A DNA stretch of 64,000 nucleotides from Eledone cirrhosa (Eukaryota), in contig OZ024766.1 in assembly GCA_964016885.1 (NCBI GenBank), positions 21,018,001 through 21,082,000 on the forward strand, read 5' to 3'. How positions within the stretch are numbered: the stretch's first letter is position 1; the number at the start of each line of letters is the position of its first letter. The notes under the pieces were generated by a model. That model was not told the DNA's origin, ran no database searches, and saw nothing but the letters and a program-made list of their open reading frames with translations. A program made the translations under genes and the position numbers. Shown piece after piece: positions 24,321 to 35,703 of this stretch.

Positions 24321-24682
24321 AACTGATAGTGTAAAGTCTTCTAAATGTTTTGAATTAAACATACGGCATATTGCCAAATATACTATACATACATTCATAT
24401 ATATACATTTATTTAATTAGAGATAGTTAGTTGATTTAGAATCAGTCGATTTTTATATAACAGAAGTCAAGCACTCAACTGTATATGTTTATCCAGAGTT
24501 TTATTATAATAATTGTTTCTACTTTTGGGGGCACAAGGCCAGCAATTACTCCAGTGTATTACTGGTACTTTATTTTATCGACCCTGTAAGGATGAAATGC
24601 AATGGTTAACCTCGGCAGTATTTGAAATTTATTCTAGTAATAAACAAAAGTCAGTTACTTTAGTCTATCCCTATTTATTTTA

Positions 24683-24745
24683 TTATACGTATTTCAGACG
24701 TATGGCTTATGTATAACATCAGTGAAACATGTCCTCATCAGATAA
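24683..24745 (-). ncRNA. Minimal type-I hammerhead ribozyme motif
   Basis: Minus strand: ttat-CTGATGA-ggacatg...tacgtct-GAAA-tacg-TA-taa. Confidence 0.55.
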
Positions 24746-24934
24746 AATTCACAGGAGATGCAAATGTCTATCTGTGGACCTGTGTAAAGATGTTTTCTCT
24801 ATTTTTTCTGTGTTTTTTTTTAGCCTCTTGGATTGTGATTACCATCATTCCTTTATCATATAACTTTTATGCAATAAACACCTGATGATGTCACCAAGAT
24901 TTTATGGAACTTGGCCACTGAAATGTACATAGCT

Positions 24935-26212
24935 CTAAGGTCGCTTAGTACAGTTTTTACCGATAGTCTTGTAGATCCACCCCAGGTACCTTCGGACGTC
25001 CGTGTAGACCCCGTATTTGCTCTTCTGTCCGCATCCTTCTCCGTAGCTGGTGACCCCGTAGACATACCAGAGCGGCGCTATTGCTGCGCCGCCAGCCGCG
25101 GGGGGCGACGGCAGCTGTGGCGGCGGCGGGGGCAGCGGTCGCGACGACTGCAACGTCGACGAGGGGCTCCCCGCCGCCGCGTCGTCAATGTCGGGGTACG
25201 CGTCGTGGTCTTCGTGTTTGGAAGAAGCTATGATGGTGGCGTTGGCGTATCGCCGCCGCTGCTGCTGCTGCTGCTGGTGGTGGTGGTGGTCGTGTCGTCG
25301 CCGGTCTTGTTGCTGTTGTCGGCGTTGGTGGTGGTGGTGGTGGGGTTTCTGGTGGCGCAGGTGATGTTGTTTTCGTTGGGGCTGCTGTCGACGGCGCTGC
25401 TGCTGCCGCTGCTGCTGCTGCTGCTGCTCTTCGGGGTGCACGGCGCAGATGAGAGGGCCGCCGCTGTCGCCTCCGCACGAGTCGGCCCCGCCCTCTTTGA
25501 AACCTGCGCAGATCTGGTCCTCGGTGATCGGGTACGCGAACGCCCTCTGGCAGCGGTCCCTCGCCACGATCGGCACCTCGGCCTCGTGGAGCACCCGCGA
25601 GCCGTGCCGGTGCGCGCCGTCGACCTTCCCCCAGCCGACGATGTTGCAGATCGTGTCGGGCCGCAGCTCCTGGCCCTGCGTCGGCAGGCAGGCGAACCCC
25701 ACGGTGCGGCTCACCCTCACGGGCCTCTTCAGCTTGAGGAGGGCGATGTCGTTGGAGATGGTGTGGAAGTCGAAGTCCGGATGCGGGAAGTCCTTCTCCG
25801 GGATCAGGTTCATCTCCCCGCCGCCCCCTCCTCCCCCTCCTTCTCCTCCGCCGCCGCCGCCGCCGTCGCCCCATTCTTCGTCGTCGTCGTCGTCGTCGCC
25901 GCCGCCCCCGCCGCCGTCGTCCCTGTCCCTCCCCGCTCCTCTACCTCTTCCTCTCCCCCTACCCCTGCCCCTGTTTCCGCCCTTTCCCCATCCTCTGTTC
26001 CTGTTTCCTCCGCCTCCGCCGCCGCCGCCGCCCCGCCTCCTCCCGCCGCCGCCTCCCCTGCCCACCGTCCTCAGGTCGTGCTCGCCGATGCGCACGATCA
26101 CCTTGCGCCGGCGGCCCCTCTTGCGGATGCAGTGCGCCGCCGTGAGCACCCACTGCGGGGAGATGAGCGTGCCGCCGCAGTACTGCTTCTGCGACCGAGT
26201 CAGGATGGCCAC
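24935..26212 (-). CDS. TSP1/trypsin-like serine protease, last coding exon (catalytic domain)
   Basis: Acceptor ttccag at 26213-26218, then VAIL...YCGGTLISPQWVLTAAHC, NDIALLKL, ADSCGGDSGGPL, YGVTSYGEGCG..YGVYT. The His/Asp/Ser triad and S1 Asp are intact. Confidence 0.92.
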   Translation of the reverse strand: MAILTRSQKQYCGGTLISPQWVLTAAHCIRKRGRRRKVIVRIGEHDLRTVGRGGGGGRRRGGGGGGGGGNRNRGWGKGGNRGRGRGRGRGRGAGRDRDDGGGGGGDDDDDDEEWGDGGGGGGGEGGGGGGGGEMNLIPEKDFPHPDFDFHTISNDIALLKLKRPVRVSRTVGFACLPTQGQELRPDTICNIVGWGKVDGAHRHGSRVLHEAEVPIVARDRCQRAFAYPITEDQICAGFKEGGADSCGGDSGGPLICAVHPEEQQQQQQRQQQRRRQQPQRKQHHLRHQKPHHHHHQRRQQQQDRRRHDHHHHQQQQQQRRRYANATIIASSKHEDHDAYPDIDDAAAGSPSSTLQSSRPLPPPPPQLPSPPAAGGAAIAPLWYVYGVTSYGEGCGQKSKYGVYTDVRRYLGWIYKTIGKNCTKRP

Positions 26213-26217
26213 CTGGA

Positions 26218-26513
26218 ACGACAACAACATCATCATCATCATCAACAACAACAACAGTAACAACAACAACATCATCATCATCAACAACAACAACAACATC
26301 ATCATCAACAACATCATCATCATCATCATCATCAACAACAAGAACAGCAGCAGCAACAACAACAGTAACAACAACAACAATAACAACCACAACACCACTG
26401 CCACCACCAACAACAACAACATCATCATCATCATCATCATCATCAACAGCAACAACAACCACAACAGTAACAACAACAACACCACCACCACCAACAACAA
26501 CAACAACAACACC

Positions 26514-26544
<31 letters not shown>

Positions 26545-26630
26545 CCACCACCAACAACAACAACAACACCACCACCACCACCAACAACAACATCATCAAC
26601 AACAACAACAACAACAACATCATCATCGAC
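26218..26630. repeat. Intronic (CAA/CAT/CAC)n trinucleotide tract
   Basis: Visible directly; lies upstream of the 26213 acceptor. Confidence 0.9.
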
Positions 26631-26879
26631 AAAGAAGAGTATGTTTTAGATATATACATATTTAGACATTTTTCGATGGCCGTTGACTCTTATGAGTTCT
26701 TTCGCCCTTTGTCAGGTTTTGTTTTTTTTTTTGTCTCGCAGGGTGTCCAAGTAGTATCACCCTCTCCTCCTCACCAAGTAAACTTGGTGGGGGTTGCCGG
26801 TTTAGTCGCCGACAACACCCACCATGCGACTGGTTGTACTGTGTTACATGTTACTAGCAGCACTCAAGAGTGACCCGAC

Positions 26880-26922
<43 letters not shown>

Positions 26923-27164
26923 ATACTTTGGGAGGGTCATGTTGCCAATAAGAAACACACGCACCAGTTGCTTTCACTTCAATTTAATTTATTATATATT
27001 TATAAATTTACAAATTTATAAATTTCTGGTTGGTTGGTTGGTTCCACAACCAGATAGTTGTTTATATATATATAGTCATAGTTCTTTCGTCACACACTCT
27101 GTGACCTCTTCAGTGACTGGGGATTTCTTTCTTCGTTTCTGTGCCTTTCCTTTCTTCTATCCTA

Positions 27165-27227
<63 letters not shown>

Positions 27228-27237
27228 GTATATATAT

Positions 27238-27540
27238 CATCATCATCATTTTACGTCCGCTTTTCCCTGCTTGCAAGGGTGGGAGGACGGGAACTGATTC
27301 TGGCTTGATTTCTACAGCTGGATGCCCTTCCTAACACCAACCTCATTTACAGTGAGTGCTGGGTGCTTTTTTGCCGTGGCACCTCCACGACCACTTTACA
27401 GTGGAATGATAGGGACCCCAGTCCCTATCATCTCATTTCTACAGCTGAGTAAACTGTAGCAATGTGAAATAAAGTGTCTTGCTCAAGGAAACAACACATC
27501 ACCCGGTCTGAGAATTGAACTCACAATCTATGTGCCTCCA
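27238..27540 (-). mobile_element. tRNA-derived SINE (same family as 7430 and 53124)
   Basis: Near-identical body; part of the tRNA head is deleted. Confidence 0.8.
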
Positions 27541-27688
27541 TATATATGGAAAATGTTCAATATATTTTGACGGCTTGAGCTCTGCCGTCGGGATCTTGAA
27601 AATGTTCCTATTACCCACTCTACTACCCTAAGTATTGAGTACTCTGGTGCGTTATGGTCCACCTGGTTCCTTACCACACTTCCTTCAT

Positions 27689-27723
<35 letters not shown>

Positions 27724-27798
27724 ATGTATATATACACACACACACACACACAGACATTCCCAGGTACAGTCACACACACAGATACATAAGTATATTAC

Positions 27799-27920
27799 CT
27801 GCCATGGCCAACTGTTTCGCCTGACCTCGAAGCCCCCAATAATTCGGTAGCTCCTTTGTGACCCTGAGGGTCGGGTCCCGCATCTGACAGGACTGGGGAA
27901 GTGATCACTGCAGTTGGACA
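27799..27920 (-). CDS. Serine protease exon containing the zymogen activation site
   Basis: ctctccacag acceptor and CAG|gtaata donor; 122 nt (phase 1 to 0); VSNCSDHFPSPVRCGTRPSGSQRSYR^IIGGFEVRRNSWPWQ. Confidence 0.92.
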
Positions 27921-28149
27921 CTGTGGAGAGAAAGAAAGAGAGAGGGAGCTATACAGAGATGATGCCGTTAGTATATGAGTGTGTATGGGTCATTGGGTCG
28001 CTGTATGTATGTTTGTGCGGTGGTGGTGGTGGTGGGGGGGGGGTCTATGTGTGTGTGTCAGGGTGTGTATGTATGCATGCGTGTTGTGTATGATTGTGTG
28101 TGTATTTATGGTTGTGTGGAAGTGGTCACTGCAGTTAGACACTATATAT

Positions 28150-28389
28150 TGAGAGAGTTATACAGAGATAATGCCTTTAGTATATGGGGGGGGTGAAATA
28201 GAGAGAGAGAGAGAGGGACACACAGACAGAGAGAGAAAGACAGACAGACAGAGAGGGACAGACAGAAAGAGAGAGTTATACAGAGATAATGCCTTTATTA
28301 TATGGGGGTGTGTTGAAATAGAGAGACAGAGAGGGACACACAGACAGAGAGAGAAAGACACACAGACAGAGAGAGAAAGACAGACAGAC

Positions 28390-28422
<33 letters not shown>

Positions 28423-28730
28423 CAGAAAGAGAGAGTTATACAGAGATAATGCTTTTAGTATATGGGGTGTGTTGAAATAGAGAGAGAGACAGAGAAGGAC
28501 ACACAAACAGAGAAAGAGGGACAGAGAGAGAAAGACAGAGAGAGGGAGAGAAAGAGAGAGTTATACAGAGATAATGCTTTCAGTACATGGGGGTGTGTTG
28601 AAATAGAGAGAGACAGAGTGGGACACACAGACAGAGAGAGAAAGATAGACAGACAGAGAGGGACAGACAGAAAGAGAGAGAGAGAGAGAGAGACAGAAAG
28701 AGAGAGTTATACAGAGATAATGCTATATAT
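28150..28730. repeat. GA-rich intronic tandem repeat (about 120-160-bp units)
   Basis: agagagttatacagagataatgc recurs five times, separated by (GA/GACA)n. Confidence 0.8.
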
Positions 28731-28872
28731 ATATAACTATCTCTCCCCCTCCCCTCACCCTATCTCTCTCTCTCTCTCTCTCTCATCATCATCATCATCA
28801 TCGTTTTACGTCCATCTTCTATCTGTCTGTCTGTCTATCTATCTGTCTGTCTGTCTGTCTGTTGCCACTTAC

Positions 28873-29455
28873 CTTCAGGTTGCCCTCGGTTACCGACCAC
28901 CACCGCTTCTCCCGCCTTCTTTTTCTTCTTCTTTTTCTTCTTTTTCTTCTTCTTCTTCTTGCCGCTGCCCGAGGCCAGCCTCCTCTTTCCCTCCCCGTTC
29001 TTCCTCCCCTTCACCTCCTCCACCACCTTCTCCCCTTCATCCTTCTCCTTCCTCTCCTTCTTCTTCCTCCTCTCGGCGACGGGGGGGTCGTCGACCTCGG
29101 CGCTGAGGTCGGCGGGGGACGGAGGAGGCGGGGGCGGCGGCGCCGCCGCCGCCACCACCGACAGCGTGTACTTCCTGCTACAGACGCCGCCGCCGCCGCC
29201 GCGGGAGCGTCGGCGGATCCCCCGCCGGGCCGCCGCCCCCTCCTCCTCCTCCGCCGCCGCCGCGGCGGGGGTGCGGCACCTCCGCGTCTCCTCCACGTAG
29301 CTCTGGTGGCAGAAGCGGTCGAGCCGCGCGCGACATCGCCTCCTCCGCCGCTGCTTGCAGTCTCGGCTGCACGGTGTCCACGCAGCCCATTTGCTGTAGA
29401 AGTTCGTCATGATGATCTTTTGCACGTACTTCGCCTTTCTCACAGGTGTCACCAC
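28873..29455 (-). CDS. Serine protease exon with the second TSP1 repeat and a basic low-complexity linker
   Basis: tacag acceptor and G|gtaagt donor; 583 nt (phase 0 to 1); FYSKWAAWTPCSRDCKQRRRRRC...C....EETRRC. Confidence 0.88.
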
Positions 29456-29542
29456 CTGTATGATAAAAAAACAAAAAAAAATGGACATTATTAATCTCTC
29501 ATGATTAGAATTAAAATTTAGCCTCAACATAGCTATATATAT

Positions 29543-29608
<66 letters not shown>

Positions 29609-29613
29609 ATATA

Positions 29614-30090
29614 ATGGTGGCTGCCAACTCGTTTTCGAGTACGGCCACTACTTTATATCCATGTAGGAGAACCCCAACCGATGCGCTGAACGAGTGTGAC
29701 TTTTTAGTCCAGCCAGCGACATGAAAACTCTGGTACAGACACTACACTTGTGACAATTATTGACATATAGTGCTGGGCCCATGGTACCATGTGACGACAA
29801 GTGCAGAGAGATCTCCAGATATAAAGCAATGCCTGTGCCGTGAAGCTTTTATAGTGAGCAAAGGCACTGCACAAAGCCAGTGCCACTCTCTTAACCAAGA
29901 TGATATTTACCAAAAAGAAGAACAAGTCAACATCATTGGATACCATCAGGGTTGCAGGTGTTATATCAGAGTTTTCCTTCTCCTAGAATTCTGCCTTGAC
30001 AAAGGCTAAGGGGTCATCTCTCCTGGTGATTTTGGATGGCCATTGACTCTTAAGAGCTCCTTTGCCCTTTGACAGGTTTTGTTTTTAGAG
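29614..30090 (+). mobile_element. Dispersed repeat, about 470 bp near-identical to 42146-42615
   Basis: Both copies start atggtggctgccaactcgttttcgagtacggcc right after a (TA)n tract. Confidence 0.75.
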
Positions 30091-30706
30091 TCTTCAATTT
30101 TATTATTATTACTATATATATATATATATATAGTATAAAAAAACGAAAAATCAGTTATGCGGACTTGTAACACCTTGGCCTCCCAGGGCCTCTGCCCACC
30201 CCACCTCACCCCGGGGCGAGGCTGATCTCCCCCCCCCCCCCACCACCACCACCACTCACCTTGTATGTCAGGAAGCTGCAGTTCCTGCTCGCCCCGGCCC
30301 TGCTCTGCCCCTTGCTCCCGGTCCTTGGCCTCTTAGGGTCCCCCCCCCCCCCCGGGGAGCCCTGCTCTCTCTCTCTCTCTCTCTCTCTACCCCCCACCAC
30401 TCACCTTGTATGTCAGGAAGCTGCAGTTTCTGCTCGCCCAGGCTCTGCTCTCTGCACTTTGCTCCCGGTCCTTGGCCTCCTAGGGTCCCCCCCCGGGGCG
30501 GGGTGAGGCCCTGCCCTCTCCCTCTCTACCCCCCCCCCCCTGCCCCCACCACCACCACCACTCACCTTGTATGTCAGGAAGCTGCAGTTTCTGCTCGCCC
30601 AGGCTCTGCTCTCTGCACTTTGCTCCCGGTCCTTGGCCTCCTAGGGTCCCCCCCCCCCTGGGGGCGGGGCGAGGCCCCCCCCCCCACCACCCCCACCACC
30701 ACTCAC

Positions 30707-31273
30707 CTTGTATGTCAGGAAGCTGCAGTTCCTGCTCCTGTTCCTGCAGTGCCGTTTCACCTTTATGACGTTGCTGCCGCACACGGCCGCCTCCCGACAG
30801 TTCCTTGTGCGGATCTGCTCGCACCTCGACGTGCACTGCGACCAGGCTCCCCACGGCGTGTAGTGGCGGCTCATGGCGCTCATGACGCCGCCGCCGACGC
30901 CAGCGGGAGGCGCCGCCGCCGTCGCCACTCCGTGCTTCTTCTCCTTCTTCTTCTTCTTACGCCGCGTCTTCTTTCTCGTCATCTTCGTCTTGGCGGCGGC
31001 GGCGGCGGCGGCGGCGGTGGTGTTGGTTGCAATGGCGGCGGCGTCGCCGAGGAGGAGGAGGCGTCGGCGGCGGCGTTCGTGGTAGTCCCGGGGGCGGCGG
31101 CGGCGGTGCGGCTTGCCCTGTCCGACGACTCTGCCGACGCCCACGCCGCCGCCCACGCCGCCGCCGGCTCCGGCTCCACCAGCCCCCATCAGGGAGGTTT
31201 TGTCTCTCTTGCTGCCCGCATGTAGAATGGACTCTCTCTGACTGTCGGATCTCTCGAGACTTCTACTGGAAAT
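30707..31273 (-). CDS. Serine protease exon with the first TSP1 repeat (upstream signal-peptide exon not located)
   Basis: ttctttcttttcag acceptor and AAG|gtgagt donor; 567 nt, phase 0-0; YTPWGAWSQCTSRCEQIRTRNC...C......RHC. Phases are consistent across all four exons. Confidence 0.88.
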
Positions 31274-31296
31274 CTGAAAAGAAAGAAAAAAAATAT

Positions 31297-34200
31297 TTGT
31301 TTCGTTCGTTAATCAGGTGAGTCTAAAGGACGCTAATTACGACTTAAATAGAGTGTTTACCTGTGATCAGGTGAGTCTAAAGGACGCTAATTACGACCTT
31401 AAATAGAGTGTTTACCTGTGATCCAGGTGAGTCTAAAGGACGCTAATTACGACCTTAAATAGAGTGTTTACCTGTGATCCAGGTGAGTCTAAAGGACGCT
31501 AATTACGACCTTAAATAGAGTGTTTACCTGTGATCCAGGTGAGTCTAAAGGACGCTAATTACGACCTTAAATAGAGTGTTTACCTGTGATCCAGGTGAGT
31601 CTAAAGGACGCTAATTACGACCTTAAATAGAGTGTTTACCTGTGATCCAGGTGAGTCTAAAGGACGCTAATTACGACCTTAAATAGAGTGTTTACCTGTG
31701 ATACAGGTGAGTCTAAAGAACGCTAATTACGACCTTAAATAGAGTGTTTACCTGTGATCAAGGTGAGTCTAAAGGACGCTAATTACGACCTTAAATACAG
31801 TGTTTACCTGTGATACAGGTGAGTCTAAGACGCTAATTACGACCTTAAATAGAGTGTTTACCTGTGATACAGGTGAGTCTAAAGGACGCTAATTACGACC
31901 TTAAATACAGTGTTTACCTGTGATACAGGTGAGTCTAAAGGACGCTAATTACGACCTTAAATAGAGTGTTTACCTGTGATCCAGGTGAGTCTAAAGGACG
32001 CTAATTACGACCTTAAATAGAGTGTTTACCTGTGATCCAGGTGAGTCTAAAGGACGCTAATTACGACCTTAAATAGAGTGTTTACCTGTGATCCAGGTGA
32101 GTCTAAAGGACGCTAATTACGACCCTTAATAGAGTGTTTACCTGTGATCCAGGTGAGTCTAAAGGACGCTAATTACGACCTTAAATAGAGTGTTTACCTG
32201 TGATCCAGGTGAGTCTAAAGGACGCTAATTACGACCTTAAATAGAGTGTTTACCTGTGATCCAGGTGAGTCTAAAGGACGCTAATTACGACCTAAATAGA
32301 GTGTTTACCTGTGATACAGGTGAGTCTAAAGAACGCTAATTACGACCTTAAATAGAGTGTTTACCTGTGATAAAGGTGAGTCTAAAGGACGCTAATTACG
32401 ACCTTAAATACAGTGTTTACCTGTGATACAGGTGAGTCTAAAGGGACGCTAATTACGACCTTAAATAGAGTGTTTACCTGTGATACAGGTGAGTCTAAAG
32501 GACGCTAATTACGACCTTAAATACAGTGTTTACCTGTGATACAGGTGAGTCTAAAGGACGCTAATTACGACCTTAAATAGAGTGTTTACCTGTGATCCAG
32601 GTGAGTCTAAAGGACGCTAATTACGACCTTAAATAGAGTGTTTACCTGTGATACAGGTGAGTCTAAAGGACGCTAATTACGACCTTAATAGAGTGTTTAC
32701 CTGTGATCCAGGTGAGTCTAAAGGACGCTAATTACGACCTTAATAGAGTGTTTACCTGTGATCCAGGTGAGTCTAAAGGACGCTAATTACGACCTTAAAT
32801 AGAGTGTTTACCTGTGATCCAGGTGAGTCTAAAGGACGCTAATTACGACCTAAATAGAGTGTTTACCTGTGATACAGGTGAGTCTAAAGAACGCTAATTA
32901 CGACCTTAAATAGAGTGTTTACCTGTGATAAAGGTGAGTCTAAAGGACGCTAATTACGACCTTAAATACAGTGTTTACCTGTGATACAGGTGAGTCTAAA
33001 GACGCTAATTACGACCTTAAATAGAGTGTTTACCTGTGATACAGGTGAGTCTAAAGACGCTAATTACGACCTTAAATACAGTGTTTACCTGTGATACAGG
33101 TGAGTCTAAAGGACGCTAATTACGACCTTAAATAGAGTGTTTACCTGTGATCCAGGTGAGTCTAAAGGACGCTAATTACGACCTTAAATAGAGTGTTTAC
33201 CTGTGATCCAGGTGAGTCTAAAGGACGCTAATTACGACCTTAAATAGAGTGTTTACCTGTGATCCAGGTGAGTCTAAAGGACGCTAATTACGACCTTAAA
33301 TAGAGTGTTTACCTGTGATCCAGGTGAGTCTAAAGGACGCTAATTACGGACCTTAAATAGAGTGTTTACCTGTGATCCAGGTGAGTCTAAAGGACGCTAA
33401 TTACGACCTTAAATAGAGTGTTTACCTGTGATCAGGTGAGTCTAAAGGACGCTAATTACGACCTTAATAGAGTGTTTTACCTGTGATACAGGTGAGTCTA
33501 AAGAACGCTAATTACGACCTTAAATAGAGTGTTTACCTGTGATAAAGGTGAGTCTAAAGGACGCTAATTACGACCTTAAATACAGTGTTTACCTGTGATA
33601 CAGGTGAGTCTAAAGACGCTAATTACGACCTTAAATAGAGTGTTTACCTGTGATACAGGTGAGTCTAAAGGACGCTAATTACGACCTTAAATACAGTGTT
33701 TACCTGTGATACAGGTGAGTCTAAAGGACGCTAATTACGACCTTAAATAGAGTGTTTACCTGTGATCCAGGTGAGTCTAAAGGACGCTAATTACGACCTT
33801 AAATAGAGTGTTTACCTGTGATCCAGGTGAGTCTAAAGGACGCTAATTACGACCTTAAATAGAGTGTTTACCTGTGATCCAGGTGAGTCTAAAGGACGCT
33901 AATTACGACCTTAAATAGAGTGTTTACCTGTGATACAGGTGAGTCTAAAGGACGCTAATTACGACCTTAAATACAGTGTTTACCTGTGATACAGGTGAGT
34001 CTAAAGGACGCTAATTACGACCTTAAATACAGTGTTTACCTGTGATACAGGTGAGTCTAAAGGACGCTAATTACGACCTTAAATACAGTGTTTACCTGTG
34101 ATACAGGTGAGTCTAAAGGACGCTAATTACGACCTTAAATACAGTGTTTACCTGTGATACAGGTGAGTCTAAAGGACGCTAATTACGACCTTAAATAGAG

Positions 34201-35491
34201 TGTTTACCTGTGATACAGGTGAGTCTAAAGGACGCTAATTACGACCTTAAATACAGTGTTTACCTGTGATACAGGTGAGTCTAAAGGACGCTAATTACGA
34301 CCTTAAATACAGTGTTTACCTGTGATAAAGGTGAGTCTAAAGGACGCTAATTACGACCTTAAATAGAGTGTTTACCTGTGATACAGGTGAGTCTAAAGGA
34401 CGCTAATTACGACCTTAAATAGAGTGTTTACCTGTGATACAGGTGAGTCTAAAGGACGCTAATTACGACCTTAAATAGAGTGTTTACCTGTGATAAAGGT
34501 GAGTCTAAAGGACGCTAATTACGACCTTAAATAGAGTGTTTACCTGTGATACAGGTGAGTCTAAAGGACGCTAATTACGACCTTAAATACAGTGTTTACC
34601 TGTGATACAGGTGAGTCTAAAGGACGCTAATTACGACCTTAAATACAGTGTTTACCTGTGATACAGGTGAGTCTAAAGGACGCTAATTACGACCTTAAAT
34701 ACAGTGTTTACCTGTGATAAAGGTGAGTCTAAAGGACGCTAATTACGACCTTAAATAGAGTGTTTACCTGTGATACAGGTGAGTCTAAAGGACGCTAATT
34801 ACGACCTTAAATAGAGTGTTTACCTGTGATACAGGTGAGTCTAAAGGACGCTAATTACGACCTTAAATAGAGTGTTTACCTGTGATAAAGGTGAGTCTAA
34901 AGGACGCTAATTACGACCTTAAATAGAGTGTTTACCTGTGATACAGGTGAGTCTAAAGGACGCTAATTACGACCTTAAATAGAGTGTTTACCTGTGATAC
35001 AGGTGAGTCTAAAGGACGCTAATTACGACCTTAAATACAGTGTTTACCTGTGATACAGGTGAGTCTAAAGGACGCTAATTACGACCTTAAATAGAGTGTT
35101 TACCTGTGATACAGGTGAGTCTAAAGGACGCTAATTACGACCTTAAATAGAGTGTTTACCTGTAATCCAGGTGAGTCTAAAGGACGCTAATTACGACCTT
35201 AAATACAGTGTTTACATGTGATCCAGGTGAGTCTAAAGGACGCTAATTACGACCTTAAATAGAGTGTTTACCTGTGATCCAGGTGAGTCTAAAGGACGCT
35301 AATTACGACCTTAAATAGAGTGTTTACCTGTGATACAGGTGAGTCTAAAGGACGCTAATTACGACCTTAAATAGAGTGTTTACCTGTGATCAAATCATCA
35401 GAATACTCGAGATTTCACATATGTCATTGGTATATATAGAGACAATGTAGAAATCAAAACGGCCCTTAGACTCACCTGATTAATGAAACAA
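31297..35491. mobile_element. MITE-like element with about 30-bp TIRs enclosing the 56-bp satellite
   Basis: Left ttgtttc(gttc)gttaatcaggtgagtctaaaggacg and right cggcccttagactcacctgattaatgaaacaa are inverted matches. Confidence 0.65.
31314..35391. repeat. 56-bp satellite, about 73 copies
   Basis: Unit caggtgagtctaaaggacgctaattacgaccttaaatagagtgtttacctgtgat(c/a); period 56 (31381 to 31437). Confidence 0.97.
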
Positions 35492-35656
35492 TTGTTAATA
35501 CTGTAAATAAACCCTTTTTTTTGTACAGTCGACCCTGTTATTCTTCACTTTTTTTCACTATATATATATATATATATCATCATCATCAGGAAAGGGCTTT
35601 CCTGATGATTTCCTTTGAATTAAACAGTTCTAGTCCTGTAGAAGCAATTTCTATAT

Positions 35657-35700
<44 letters not shown>

Positions 35701-35703
<3 letters not shown>

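Noticed and set aside
26213-26659. Poly-Leu/Met/Val N-terminus of the 574-aa ORF as a membrane anchor
   Set aside because: It is an intronic (TTG/ATG/GTG)n tract; a proper acceptor at 26213 joins the IIGG exon in phase.
24911-26873. 449-aa and 474-aa plus-strand ORFs
   Set aside because: Antisense shadows of the GC-rich protease exon and the trinucleotide tract.
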